A DNA stretch of 64,000 nt, taken from Kofleriaceae bacterium (GTDB lineage Bacteria > Myxococcota_A > Polyangia > Haliangiales > Haliangiaceae). The stretch is from the NCBI GenBank assembly GCA_965215005.1, contig CBDCCZ010000042.1, forward strand, positions 1 to 64,000, in the 5' to 3' direction. This document shows positions 1 to 10,193 of this stretch, piece after piece. Numbering within the stretch: position 1 is the first letter of the stretch; each line of letters opens with the position of its first letter. Under the pieces are notes generated by a model that saw nothing but the letters and a program-made list of their open reading frames with translations, searched no databases and was not told the origin of the DNA. The position numbers and the translations under genes were made by a program.

Positions 1-1332
1 AAGGGAGCTTGTCGTCGCCAGGTTCGCCTCGCCGATGGTCCTTGGGACACACGACAATGCGACATTTGTGGCCTCGGATGTCCCCGCCGTGCTCTCCCAC
101 ACCAGGGAGTTTGTCTTCCTGCATGATGGCGATTCCGCCAGGATTCACGCCGGCTCATTTGAAGTGTTTGACGCTCAGGGTGACCCCGTCACCCGTCCCA
201 CAAAACACATCAGCTGGGATCCGATTTCTGCCGAGAAGCAAGGCTACAAACACTTCATGCTCAAGGAGATCTTTGAGCAACCCGCCCGCATTATTGACAC
301 TCTGCGCGGTCGCATCAACGCCACACAGGATGATGTCTCGCTGGCAGAAATTGAGATCGATGCAGACTGGCTGCGCCAGATCGACCGCGTCGTGATCGTC
401 GCCTGCGGCACGAGCTTCTACGCCGCCCAGATCGGCAAGTATTTTATCGAGCGCTACGCACGTGTGCCGGTGGAAATCGACCTGGCCAGCGAGTTTCGCT
501 ACCGCTACCCCATCATCACCCCGAACACCCTGTGCATCGCGCTAAGTCAGTCCGGCGAGACGGCGGACACGCTGGCTGCTATGCGTCAGGCGCAGGAGCT
601 TGGGGCGAGGGCGCTTGGGATCTGCAACGTCGTCGAGTCCACCATCGCCAGAGAGGCCGACGGGGTGTTCTACACCCACGCTGGCCCAGAGATCAGCGTC
701 GCCAGCACCAAGGCCTTCTCCACCCAGCTCGCCGCCATGGGCATGCTGGCCATCTGGCTTGGGCGCAGGCGTCAAACCCTGACTCCTCCAGAGGCCAGGG
801 TCCTGCTTGACGCCCTGCGCCAGACTCCCACGCTGATGGAATCCCTGCTCCAGGACTTCACCCCGTATGAGCGCATCGCCAAGAACTTTAGCCACGCCCA
901 CTCCTTTCTTTTTCTTGGCCGCGGTCCCCAGTGTGCGATCGCTTACGAAGGTGCGCTAAAACTCAAGGAAATCAGCTACATTCACGCTGAGGGCTACGCC
1001 GCAGGAGAGATGAAGCACGGGCCCATTGCGCTGATCGATGAGGATTTGCCCCTGGTGGTCATCGCCCCAGGAATGAGGTCTATGACAAGGTCTCGAGCAA
1101 CCTGGAGGAGGTCAAAGCGCGCGGGGGTCGTGTCATTGCCATCGTCACCGAAGGTGATAGACAGGTTGAACCGTTTGCAGAAGAGATGCTTTTTATCCCC
1201 GACGCCCACGAGTTCATCCAACCCCTGCTGACTGTGGTCATCACGCAGCTTCTGGCCTATCACATTGCTGATTTTAAGGGCACGGACATCGATCAACCAA
1301 GGAATTTGGCAAAGAGCGTGACGGTGGAGTGA
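1..1332 (+). CDS. glmS: Glutamine--fructose-6-phosphate aminotransferase, 5'-partial; apparent 1-nt frameshift at ~1066
   Basis: SIS-domain motifs ACGTS, SQSGETADT, ASTKAF, EGALKLKEISYIHAEG, EMKHGPIALID in ORF 35-1231. The C-terminus continues in another frame from 1069 (RNEVYDKVSSNLEEVKARGG...DQPRNLAKSVTVE*, TGA 1330-1332); one extra C in the run at 1065-1068 restores the frame. Confidence 0.95.
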
Positions 1333-1587
1333 GCGGGGAGGTACCTTTTCACTCCACCATCGTGGAAGCAGGACGGTCAAGTGTGCGCGACGTGCGTTGG
1401 GAAGCACAAGAGAGCTTACAAGGAATAGGCTCTCCTTTTTATTCAGGAATTCTCGTGCAAGGACCCCCTCCTCCGGTCTCTGAAACTGACTTCTTAGCTC
1501 CCCTTGGGCAATTGTGCTCAGGCCCCGCTTCTGCGCCTCCGCTTAGTGTTTCAGGACACAAGTAACTGGTCTCGCTGGAGCAGAGGG

Positions 1588-2052
1588 AGAGCAGGTGTTT
1601 TGGGGGGAAGCGGTGGCTGTGTGGCTCGCCCCTCTCCCACGCTTCGCGCGGGTCCCTCTCCCCACCTCAAGGCCGCTCCCAGAGCTCCAATGCGAAGCCT
1701 CAGGGGCGCGGGAAAGTGCTCTGCTGCAAGAAGGTGCGCCAGAGCACGTCCTCGCGCACCAAAAAGGGTGCAAAAACGCGAGGATGTGTGGCCTGAGGTG
1801 GGGAGAGGGACCCATGCGCAGCATGGGACAGCGGCGAGCTACAGCAAGCGCGTTTCTCCCCAAAACACGTGCTCTAAATAAGCTCCAGTGAGACCATTTA
1901 CTTCTGACGACGAACACTTAGAGCACGTGTTTTGGGAAGAAACGCTCTCCTTGAAACTCGCCGCTGTCCCATGCTGCGCATGGGTCCCTCTCCCCACCGG
2001 GGCCGCTCCCACAGCTGCAATGCGAGGCTTCAGGATCGCGAGGACGTGTTCT
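1588..2052. repeat. Three ~135-bp non-coding elements (1588-1722 +, 1741-1875 -, 1920-2052 +) with 9-bp terminal inverted repeats; MITE/BIME-like
   Basis: Each copy starts AGAGCA(C/G)GT and ends A(C/A)GTG(C/T)TCT and shares the core GGGTCCCTCTCCCCACC. Copies 2 and 3 form an ~80-bp-arm inverted repeat (1797-1877 vs 1918-1998). Lies between convergent glmS and fabH. Confidence 0.85.
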
Positions 2053-2075
2053 GTTATGACTTCTGAGGCAAACTG

Positions 2076-2716
2076 CTAAAATTCCACCAGCGCCGTGCCC
2101 CACGTGTACCCGCTGCCAAAGGCCGCGTGGACGACCTGGGTGCCCGGGGACAGCCGCCCTGCTTTCTTTGCCACATCCAGCGCCATCGGGATCGAGGCGG
2201 CGGTGGTGTTGCCGTAGGACTCAATGGTGTGGATGACCTGGTCATCGTCGATGCCCAGTTGCTTTGCCAGGTGTTCATTGATGCGGCGGTTTGCCTGGTG
2301 GGGGATGAGGAGGAGGCGAGCGGGGTCGATGGGGTGGGAGTGAACGAGGTGGGTGATTTCGCGGGTGAGGGTCTCGATGGCGCGGCGGAAGACCTGGCGG
2401 CCGTTCATGGTGGAGAAGTGGCGTTTTTGGCGGATGTCTTCGACCGAGATGTGGACGCCTCCTGTGGAGCCTGGGCGGCGACAGATCAAGTTTTCTGCGC
2501 CTGAACCATCGGCACCAAGGCGCACGTCGATGACCTTGCCGCCTTCTTGGTCAGGCCAGCCTGCTGCCTGGACGATCACGGCGCCTGCGCCATCGCCAAA
2601 GAGCATGGTGATAGGGCGGCCCTCTTCGGAGAAGTCAAGGCCTGCAGAGTGAATCTCGGCGCCCACGACCAGCACTGTGGCATAGACCCCGGCGCGTACC
2701 CAAGCATCGGCGATGC
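2076..2716 (-). CDS. fabH: Beta-ketoacyl-ACP synthase III, C-terminal half only (5'-truncated at junction)
   Basis: [42 protein letters not shown]. The frame extends upstream to [21 protein letters not shown], then recognisable similarity ends at ~2717; the catalytic Cys region is absent. Confidence 0.9.
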
Positions 2717-5596
2717 TTGCGCGCCTTTCTCGCCAGCAATCCGCGCGGCGAGGCTCACGCCGATGGTCTCTTCAAGCTCGCCGAGCTGCTTTGGGAAGAC
2801 GCGCGTCGTGGGTTCGTCGCGCGGATGGATCGCTACGAACGGGCGCTCGAGGCGTGCCGCCAAGGCCGAGCCACGTGCAAAGGCAAGCCCGCCGAGCCGC
2901 GCATCGACTTGCGCGAGCCGGCGGCGCTGTATCGCCAGCTGCTAACCGAGCATCCAGAGTTTCGCCATAACGACCTGGTCACGTATCTGGTTGGGTTTGC
3001 TGCCAAGGAAACCGGCAACAACGAAGAGGCGCTCGGCCATTTTCGCGCCGTCATCGACAACTACCCGACCTCGCGACTGAGCGGCGACGCGTGGATGATG
3101 ATTGGCGAGCACTATTTTGCCGCCGAGCGCTGGGAACAGGCCCGCGGCGCCTACGCGCATATCTTAACCAATCCCGGTGCACCAACGTTTGATTTGGCGC
3201 TATTTAAGACCGCGTGGTGCGACTGGAAGCTTGGCCAGCCGGAGCTGGCGGCGCGTCGCTTCAAGCGGGTACTGGACCTCGCTGCCTCGGCCGAGCGCTC
3301 GGGCAACGACCGCACTCGCCGTCGCCGCGCGCAGCTGCGCGATGAGGCACTCGAGTATCTCGTGGTCGTCTTCACCGAAGATCGCCGCATCTCCGCCAAA
3401 GAGGTCTACGAATTTCTGGCCTCGATTGGCGGCGAGCAATATTCGCGCGACGTGCTGGTTCGCGTCGCCGATGCCTACGTCGGACAAAGCGAGTTCGAGC
3501 GCGCCGTCGCCACCTACCAGTTCCTCATCGCGCTCGAGCCGAGCTCGCTCGATGCTGCCAAATACCAACGCGCCGTCGTCGACTCCCACTTGACCGCGCT
3601 CGCCACCGATGAGGCGATTGCCGCCATCGATGAGCTCGTAACCCGCTATGGCGCGGGCAGCGACTGGGCCGAGGCCAACGCCAACGCCGAAGACCAACTG
3701 GCGCGATCGCTCGCGGTCACCGAGCGCTTGGTGCGCAGCACCGCCAAGAACTTCCATGCCGAAGCCCAGGCGAGTGAGAAACACCAAAAGCGACCCGACC
3801 GCGCCACCTACGCCCGCGCCGCAACGCTCTACGAGCTGTACCTCACGCGCTTTGGCACCAGCAAGTGGGCGCCCGAGCTGCGGTTTCTGCGCGCCGAGAT
3901 CCTCTATTACAAGCTCGATCGCTTCGAGACCGCCGGCGACGAATATCTGGCCGTCGGCCGCGCCCGCCCCATCGGACGCTTTCACAAAGACGCGCTCCTC
4001 AAGGCGATGGACGCGTTCGAGAAAGCCCGTCCTGCCGATCGCGTAGCCTCGGGGCGGCGCGAGCTGCACCCCGTGGACCGTAAGCTCGCCGCCGCCATCG
4101 ATCGCTACGCCACCCTGTTTCCGGCCGACCCAGAGCTGGTGGGGGTAATCTTTCGCAACGGCCAGTTGTTCTACGACTACGGCGATTACGACGAGGCGAT
4201 CAAACGCTTTGGTCTCATCGTCACCAAGTATCCCGACGATCCCAACGCCGGGCCCGCAGGCGACCGAATCCTGGCGGCGCTGGCCAAGGCAGAGGATTAC
4301 GACAACATCGAGGAATGGGCGCGCAAGCTCAAAGGTGCCAGCGCGTTCGCGGAGCCAGCGCAACAAGCGCGGCTCGATCGGCTCATCGTCGAAGCCATCA
4401 GCAAGAGCGGCCAAGCGCACGCCACTGCCGGCGATCCCGCGGGCGCCGCAGCGCTCTACTTACGGATTCCCAAAGAGTTTCCCGAGCACGCACTGGCCGC
4501 CCCTTCGCTGATGAACGCCGGCGTGATGCTCGAGAAGGCCAAACAACCGGAGAAAGCGGCATCGGTGTATCTGGCGCTCGCTGAGCGCTATCCGCAGGCA
4601 AACGGCAGCAAGGCGGCGTTTGCGGCCGGCAAAGTCTACGAGTCCGTGGCCTACTTTGAGCGCGCCGCCGAGGCCTATGAGGTCGTTGCCAGCCGGTTTT
4701 CCACCAGCGCCGAGGCCGCCGACGCAGTGTACAACGCCGGCCTGTTGCGCCAGGCGCTTGGTCAACACGAAGCGGCCATCGCGCATTACACCACCTACGC
4801 CAAGCGCCATCGCGAGCGCGACGACGCGGCGTTGGTCGCCTTCAACATCGGCGTCGTCTACGAGGAAGCTGGCGATTGGCAGCGCGCGGGCCGCGCCTAT
4901 CTCGACTTCATCGATCGGCATCGACGCTCCGAGCGACTGCTCGAGGCGCAGGTTCGTGCTGCCCGCGTGTTTCTCGCGGCAGACCAGACGCGGCGCGCTG
5001 CGCGACGACTCGATGACGCTCGGCAGCTCCACGACCACGCCAAAGGTGGGGCGCGCGCCGCCGGCCGCCGTTGGGCTGCCGAAGCAGCCTATCTGCAAGG
5101 TGAGCTGCTCTATCGGCAATATGCGGCGATCGCGCTGGACGTGGCGCCGCGCCGTCTACGTCGCACGCTCGATGACAAGACGGCGCTTCTGGGGCGCGCC
5201 CAGACAGCGTATCTCGCTGTCGTAGAGCTCGGGGACCCGCAGTGGGCCACCGCGGCGCTGCACCGAATGGGGCAGATCTACGATGCGTTTAGCGAAGCCA
5301 TCCGCAACGCGCCGGTGCCACCCAAGCTCGCCGCCGAAGACGCCGAGCTGTATCGCCAAGAGCTCGAGATGTATGTCATCGACATCGAGGAAAAAGCCAT
5401 CGAGCTGTACGCCACCGGCTATCAGAAGGCGATCGCGCTGCAGGTGTATAACCAGCACACCAGCGATATGCGCGCCGCGCTCGGGCGTCTTGCAGCGGCG
5501 CGTTTCCCCCCCGTCGAAGAAGCTTTCGGCGGCAAGCGTATGGGCGATCGCCCGATCGAGGTGCGGCTCGTCGAGGAGGTCATTCGCGGTGAGTAA
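2717..5596 (+). CDS. Large TPR protein, GltD/AgmU-like (gliding motility complex), probably 5'-truncated
   Basis: 959 aa of TPR-like helical repeats with C-terminus resembling GltD ([22 protein letters not shown]); first gene of a gltD-E-F-G-like cluster; no signal peptide at the available start. Confidence 0.75.
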   Translation: MRAFLASNPRGEAHADGLFKLAELLWEDARRGFVARMDRYERALEACRQGRATCKGKPAEPRIDLREPAALYRQLLTEHPEFRHNDLVTYLVGFAAKETGNNEEALGHFRAVIDNYPTSRLSGDAWMMIGEHYFAAERWEQARGAYAHILTNPGAPTFDLALFKTAWCDWKLGQPELAARRFKRVLDLAASAERSGNDRTRRRRAQLRDEALEYLVVVFTEDRRISAKEVYEFLASIGGEQYSRDVLVRVADAYVGQSEFERAVATYQFLIALEPSSLDAAKYQRAVVDSHLTALATDEAIAAIDELVTRYGAGSDWAEANANAEDQLARSLAVTERLVRSTAKNFHAEAQASEKHQKRPDRATYARAATLYELYLTRFGTSKWAPELRFLRAEILYYKLDRFETAGDEYLAVGRARPIGRFHKDALLKAMDAFEKARPADRVASGRRELHPVDRKLAAAIDRYATLFPADPELVGVIFRNGQLFYDYGDYDEAIKRFGLIVTKYPDDPNAGPAGDRILAALAKAEDYDNIEEWARKLKGASAFAEPAQQARLDRLIVEAISKSGQAHATAGDPAGAAALYLRIPKEFPEHALAAPSLMNAGVMLEKAKQPEKAASVYLALAERYPQANGSKAAFAAGKVYESVAYFERAAEAYEVVASRFSTSAEAADAVYNAGLLRQALGQHEAAIAHYTTYAKRHRERDDAALVAFNIGVVYEEAGDWQRAGRAYLDFIDRHRRSERLLEAQVRAARVFLAADQTRRAARRLDDARQLHDHAKGGARAAGRRWAAEAAYLQGELLYRQYAAIALDVAPRRLRRTLDDKTALLGRAQTAYLAVVELGDPQWATAALHRMGQIYDAFSEAIRNAPVPPKLAAEDAELYRQELEMYVIDIEEKAIELYATGYQKAIALQVYNQHTSDMRAALGRLAAARFPPVEEAFGGKRMGDRPIEVRLVEEVIRGE

Positions 5597-6701
5597 GCTC
5601 GGCTTGGCGCTACTACTCGCGCTCGTCTGCGGCTGCGGTCGCAGCGCTGCGCCGCGCGGCCCCGCACGCGCCGAGGCAGCGCCGCTGCCTGCCGTGGCGC
5701 CTGCCGCCCTGGCCGAATTTCAAGCCGGCCTCCGCGCCGTGCGGGCCGGCGACGATGCCGAGGCGCGCGCGCACTTGCTCAAAGCGACCGAGCTCGATGC
5801 GACGCTGTGGGAGGCTTGGCATGATCTCGGGGTCGTCTATCTGCGGCAGGGCGAGACCAAGGCCGCCGCTGCCGCCTTTAGCAGCGCGCTCGAGCTCGCC
5901 CCCAACAACGCCTCGACCCGCCTGGCGCGCGCCGAGGCCTATCGGTTGGCGCAACGTAGCGACCGCGCTCGGCGCGATCTCGCGAGCGTGATCGAGACCA
6001 GCCCCGCTGACTCGCCGATGCGGATGCAAGCTGCCACCGCGCTGGCAGCCCTGCTTCGCGGCGATGGCAAGCTCGATGACGCGCTGAAGATCGTGCGGAA
6101 CACGCTCCGCGATGCCGGCGCCAGCGCCTCGCTGTACGTCGAGCTCGCGCTCATCTACCACGAGCAACGCCGCGGCGAGCTAGCCACGCTCGTGCTGGCG
6201 CGCGCCGCCGAGCTCGACGCCAAGCTGCCGTCGATTTACAACGCCCGAGCGTTGGTCGCGCTCGCCGACGGCGACTCACAAGAAGCGTTCGAGCTATTTG
6301 ACCGGGCCACCTCGCTCGACCCCGAATATCTCGACGCGCACGTGAACAAAGCCGAGGTGCTGCTGGCGGCGGGCGACTACCCGCGCGCGCTCGCGGAGCT
6401 CGAAACCGTGACTGCACGCAATCCCGAGGATCTCGGTGCGCGGGTCGCGCTCGGCGTCGCTCTGCGAGGTGTGGGCAAACTCGACCGCGCCGCCGCCGCG
6501 TGGGAGCAGGTCGCAACCGCGGCGCCCCGTGGCAGCCAGGTTGCGGGTGATGCGCTGTACAACTTGGTGGTGCTGGAGCTGGTGTTTCGCGAGAACGAAG
6601 CCGGCGCCAAGCAGGCCCTGGACCGCTTTCTGCAGCAAGCGCCGGCACGCCATCCCAAGCGCAAGGCAGCTGAGGAAAAGCAAAAGGAGCTGGGGCTTTG
6701 A
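5589..6701 (+). CDS. TPR lipoprotein, GltE/AglT-like
   Basis: GTG at 5589 overlaps the upstream stop; signal/lipobox [19 protein letters not shown] repeats; position after the GltD-like gene. Confidence 0.75.
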   Translation: MSKLGLALLLALVCGCGRSAAPRGPARAEAAPLPAVAPAALAEFQAGLRAVRAGDDAEARAHLLKATELDATLWEAWHDLGVVYLRQGETKAAAAAFSSALELAPNNASTRLARAEAYRLAQRSDRARRDLASVIETSPADSPMRMQAATALAALLRGDGKLDDALKIVRNTLRDAGASASLYVELALIYHEQRRGELATLVLARAAELDAKLPSIYNARALVALADGDSQEAFELFDRATSLDPEYLDAHVNKAEVLLAAGDYPRALAELETVTARNPEDLGARVALGVALRGVGKLDRAAAAWEQVATAAPRGSQVAGDALYNLVVLELVFRENEAGAKQALDRFLQQAPARHPKRKAAEEKQKELGL

Positions 6702-7117
6702 AACCGGTGACGCGAAGCCAGAATGTGGGCCGGTGCCCCCACGCTCGTGCGCCCAGTCGGTGCCTCGTCGTGCTGTCGCTCGTGCTGTTTGCAATGTCGC
6801 TTGTCGGTGTTGGTAGTGCAGCCGCGCAGTCCAAGAAACGCAAGAAGCGGAATAAACGCGCTCGAGCTAGCGAGCCTGCACCCAAACCTGACAGCAGTGC
6901 CGACAGCGAGCCCGCGTTGCAGCCCGACGCCAAACCCGACAAGAAAGACGCCGTGCAGGTGTTCGACTTCACCGGCATCGATATCTCCGGCCGTTTGCGC
7001 GCGCCGCAGCTGCTCTACTTTCTCGATCGCGCGCAAGAAGAGCTCGAGCGCGCCTCGCTCCAGCGCCGCTCGTTTGTCCCCGAGATGATCCGTTCCCTCG
7101 ACGAGGAGGCGCTGTGA
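6698..7117 (+). CDS. Small exported protein, GltF/CglF-like
   Basis: Signal peptide-like segment and C-terminal [17 protein letters not shown]...[11 protein letters not shown] resembling CglF; synteny. Start uncertain. Confidence 0.7.
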   Translation: MKPVTRSQNVGRCPHARAPSRCLVVLSLVLFAMSLVGVGSAAAQSKKRKKRNKRARASEPAPKPDSSADSEPALQPDAKPDKKDAVQVFDFTGIDISGRLRAPQLLYFLDRAQEELERASLQRRSFVPEMIRSLDEEAL

Positions 7118-8889
7118 CCGACGCTGCCGCCGCGGAGCAACCGCGACTGCTCCGCGTATCGTCGGTGTGGCACGACGAGGTGATGGCGGATGCGGTGCTT
7201 TCGCAGCCCACCGAGGTCGTGCTGGGCGCCACGCGCCACCGCCGCAGCGAGCTGCCGCTTTGGCGGCTTTTGGCGGCTGTCATCGCATTGATCATCCCGC
7301 TTGCCCTGCTCAACCCCGGCGGCGCCATGATGGCACCCGCGGCCATCGCGCTAGCGAGCGTGGCCGCGCTCAGCAGTGTGCTGCTGCTACTTCGGCGTCC
7401 CTTGGGACTGACGTTGGGCGGTGCAACCGTCGGTATCACCGTGGCGCTGATCGTCATCCTCGTCGGCGGGCGCTGGTCGCAGGCCGGCTGGCCGCTGCGG
7501 TCGGCGGGGCTGGCCGCGCTGCTGCTTGCGGCCGCAGAGGTCATCGTCATCGCGAAGCTGTATTTTCGGCTCGAGGCGCTGCGCAAGCTCCACGCCAGCG
7601 CCACCTTCCTGGTCCCGGAAATTGGCCTGCCCGGCGACTTCACCATCATCCGCCCCTCCTCTCGCGGCTACGTGTTGACTCTCAGTGAGGGCATGGCCGG
7701 CGTCATGCGGCTCGGCGGCCAACAGCTCCAGGTGGCCCAATTTCTGGCCTCCGCGGAGGATGGCCGCGGCGACGGCGTCGCAGGGCGATTTCGCGCCACC
7801 CCTATCACCGCCGGCGACTGGGGCGTCATCGAGCTCGATCGCGCCGGGATTCATCGCTTGTTCTTCTGTTTCGTCCCGAGCGAGACGCCGCTGCCGCGCT
7901 CGCGATTTCGCGACCCGGAATTGCTGCTGCCGGCGCTGGCGCTGGCGTTCATCGTGCACGGCACCTTCGTGGTCGCCAGCTTTGCGGTGCGCACTCCGGG
8001 CAACGACGTCTTCTTTCCCGCCGCGACCGCCATGACCACCGAGTACATCCAGGTGCGCCCCCCCGACGCTCCTGCCGAAGCACCGGCGGCGTCCACCGAC
8101 GGGCAGGCGCGCGCCAAACCCTCGGCCACGCGCGGCAGCCGCGGCAAAGCCGGCGGCGAGGGCCAGGAGCCGCGCCGGCGAGCGCCCGACCCGGCCAAGG
8201 GAGCTCCTGACCAAGAGGTACCCGAGCGGGTGCGGCAGGGCCTTCTGACCGATGCAAGCCGCAGCTCGCTCAGCAAGGTCGCCGCGCGCGGTGGCTTCGA
8301 CGATGAGCTCGGTCGGGCGCTGGCACGACTGCAGGCAACCGAGGCTAGCGACGGCAGCGCCGGCGGCTCGGGCGCTGGCACCGGGCTGGGATTTGGGCCC
8401 GGCGCCGACGGCACCGGCACCACGCGCGGCGGCAAGAAAGGCGGAGCCGGAGGTGGCGGCGCGGTGCAAGGCGATTTCCAATCCGGCCCCGACATCGACA
8501 CCGGCGAGACCCGCAAGGCGCGCGGCCCAGGGGGCACCGGAAGCGGGCGCAAGGAGGTCGCGGTGGTCGGCACCGGCACTGCCGCCGGCGACTTCGGCGG
8601 CCTCAGCAAAGCGGAGATCGATCGGGTGGTAAAGTCGCGGCAAGGGCTGCTTCGCGCGTGCTATCAGCGCGAGCTCAACCGCGTACGCGGCCTCGGTGGC
8701 ACCTTGCTCGTCAACTTCAAGATCGCCGGCAACGGCGAGGTCAAGTCGGCGCGAATCGTTCCCTCCAAGAGCAGCTTGCGCAATGCCAGCGTCGAGTCGT
8801 GCGTGAGCCGGCAGATCATGAAGCTGCAGTTTCCAGCCAAAGGCGGGACCGCCATCGTCAATTACCCCTTCATCTTCGAGCAGGGATGA
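7114..8889 (+). CDS. GltG/PglI-like membrane protein with C-terminal TonB-like (AgmX/PglI C-terminal) domain
   Basis: N-terminal beta-rich region, TM segments, Gly-rich linker, C-terminal [11 protein letters not shown]...LRACYQREL...VESCV...FPAKGG...VNYPFIF. Confidence 0.8.
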   Translation: MTDAAAAEQPRLLRVSSVWHDEVMADAVLSQPTEVVLGATRHRRSELPLWRLLAAVIALIIPLALLNPGGAMMAPAAIALASVAALSSVLLLLRRPLGLTLGGATVGITVALIVILVGGRWSQAGWPLRSAGLAALLLAAAEVIVIAKLYFRLEALRKLHASATFLVPEIGLPGDFTIIRPSSRGYVLTLSEGMAGVMRLGGQQLQVAQFLASAEDGRGDGVAGRFRATPITAGDWGVIELDRAGIHRLFFCFVPSETPLPRSRFRDPELLLPALALAFIVHGTFVVASFAVRTPGNDVFFPAATAMTTEYIQVRPPDAPAEAPAASTDGQARAKPSATRGSRGKAGGEGQEPRRRAPDPAKGAPDQEVPERVRQGLLTDASRSSLSKVAARGGFDDELGRALARLQATEASDGSAGGSGAGTGLGFGPGADGTGTTRGGKKGGAGGGGAVQGDFQSGPDIDTGETRKARGPGGTGSGRKEVAVVGTGTAAGDFGGLSKAEIDRVVKSRQGLLRACYQRELNRVRGLGGTLLVNFKIAGNGEVKSARIVPSKSSLRNASVESCVSRQIMKLQFPAKGGTAIVNYPFIFEQG

Positions 8890-9632
8890 GCGCGCGCCTC
8901 TGCATCGTGCTGCTTGTGACCCTCGCCGGCTGCGCTAACGATCCGCAGTACCTCTATCCTTCTGCAGCGCTCGAGGTCACCACCGACAACCCGATGACCA
9001 CCGCCAGCATCACACTGCCGATCGCGCTCGAGAGCGAAATCGATGCCGAAGAGCGCGCAGCCCTGGCCGCCGAGCTCGCGGTGGAGGTGCCGGTGGTGCG
9101 CCTTGGCGAGCTGCAAATATCCTTGGAGTGGACCATTCGCAACCTCGACGACGTCGAGGGCACAGCGCGCATCGGGGTCAACGGCGCCAACGAGTACTTC
9201 GTCTACGTTCCGCAGAACTTCGTCGTCGATCCCGAAGACGATGAAGAGCCGCCGCCGCTGCTCGGCGACATCCCTCTGCCGATTCCCCCCTTGGCCACCG
9301 TGAGCGGCGTATTCCGCGAAGATCAGCTGCGCGAGGCTGCGATCGATCTCGAGCTCATCACCCGCGGCGCTAGCAACCCCTTTGCCGCCGTGCTCCAGGT
9401 CCACGAGGATCTGCAGCAAATCGACGCGATGGGCGCGGTTCTGCCGCGGCGGGCGTTCGCTCAGCTGATCCGCCTCGACCTGTTGTTCTCGGCCGACACC
9501 CACATGGTCTTGGAGCTCGCGGTGCGGCTGCGTGACCACGACGATCTACTTCACGATGAGCTGCTCGCCGCGCCTGCAGCCGAGCTCATCCAGTTCGCGC
9601 CGGCGGTGTTCGTCCCGGAGCTAGCACCATGA
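8886..9632 (+). CDS. Hypothetical acidic lipoprotein
   Basis: ATG overlaps the upstream stop (ATGA); lipobox LAGC; also coupled to the next gene by ATGA. Confidence 0.8.
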   Translation: MSARLCIVLLVTLAGCANDPQYLYPSAALEVTTDNPMTTASITLPIALESEIDAEERAALAAELAVEVPVVRLGELQISLEWTIRNLDDVEGTARIGVNGANEYFVYVPQNFVVDPEDDEEPPPLLGDIPLPIPPLATVSGVFREDQLREAAIDLELITRGASNPFAAVLQVHEDLQQIDAMGAVLPRRAFAQLIRLDLLFSADTHMVLELAVRLRDHDDLLHDELLAAPAAELIQFAPAVFVPELAP

Positions 9633-10186
9633 GAGCTGCGCTGCCGCTCGTGCTGCTGTGCGCGCTCTGCTCAACCGCCGCGGCCCAGCCACTCGTGGCT
9701 CGCGGCTGGTTTACCGAAGCCGGCCTTGGCGGCACGGGCTTCCTCGGCGATGCCAGCAGCTACGCCGCGCTAGGGCCTGCCATCGACGTGCGGCTGGGAT
9801 ATGAGCCGAGCCGCTGGCTCGCGCTTGGCGGGCGCGCCGCCGCCTCCACCCACCGCGCCACGGTTCCGGCGCCCCCCGAAGGCGAGTACGTTCAGCTCTA
9901 TCACGTTGGCGGCGATGCGCGCGTGCAGGTGCCGGTGGGGGCACTCGCGCTGTTCGTGGAAGGCTTCGCCGGCATCTCGGTCATCTCCTCCAACGTTCTC
10001 GCCAAGGTCGGCATCGTCGATCCCGGGGAGCGCTGGACCGTATCGATGGCCGCTGGGGCCGGGCTGGAATATCAGCTCGACAATCGCCACTACGCTTTCG
10101 GCCTCGCCGGCGATTGGCAAACCCTGCCCCAGTTCGACGCTCTGCAAGCACTCAGCAGCCGCGTCTACCTGCGCTACACCTACTAA
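9629..10186 (+). CDS. Small outer-membrane beta-barrel protein, GltH/CglE-like
   Basis: Signal peptide, amphipathic beta-strands, C-terminal YLRYTY aromatic beta-signal; position matches gltH. Confidence 0.7.
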   Translation: MRAALPLVLLCALCSTAAAQPLVARGWFTEAGLGGTGFLGDASSYAALGPAIDVRLGYEPSRWLALGGRAAASTHRATVPAPPEGEYVQLYHVGGDARVQVPVGALALFVEGFAGISVISSNVLAKVGIVDPGERWTVSMAAGAGLEYQLDNRHYAFGLAGDWQTLPQFDALQALSSRVYLRYTY

Positions 10187-10193
10187 CCCTGCC

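Noticed and set aside
1060..1075. Programmed frameshift or pseudogenisation of glmS
   Set aside because: A single missing base in a C run of a normally essential gene; a sequencing error is far more likely.
1329..2103. Short ORFs between glmS and fabH
   Set aside because: They overlie the non-coding repeat triad and have no recognisable protein features.
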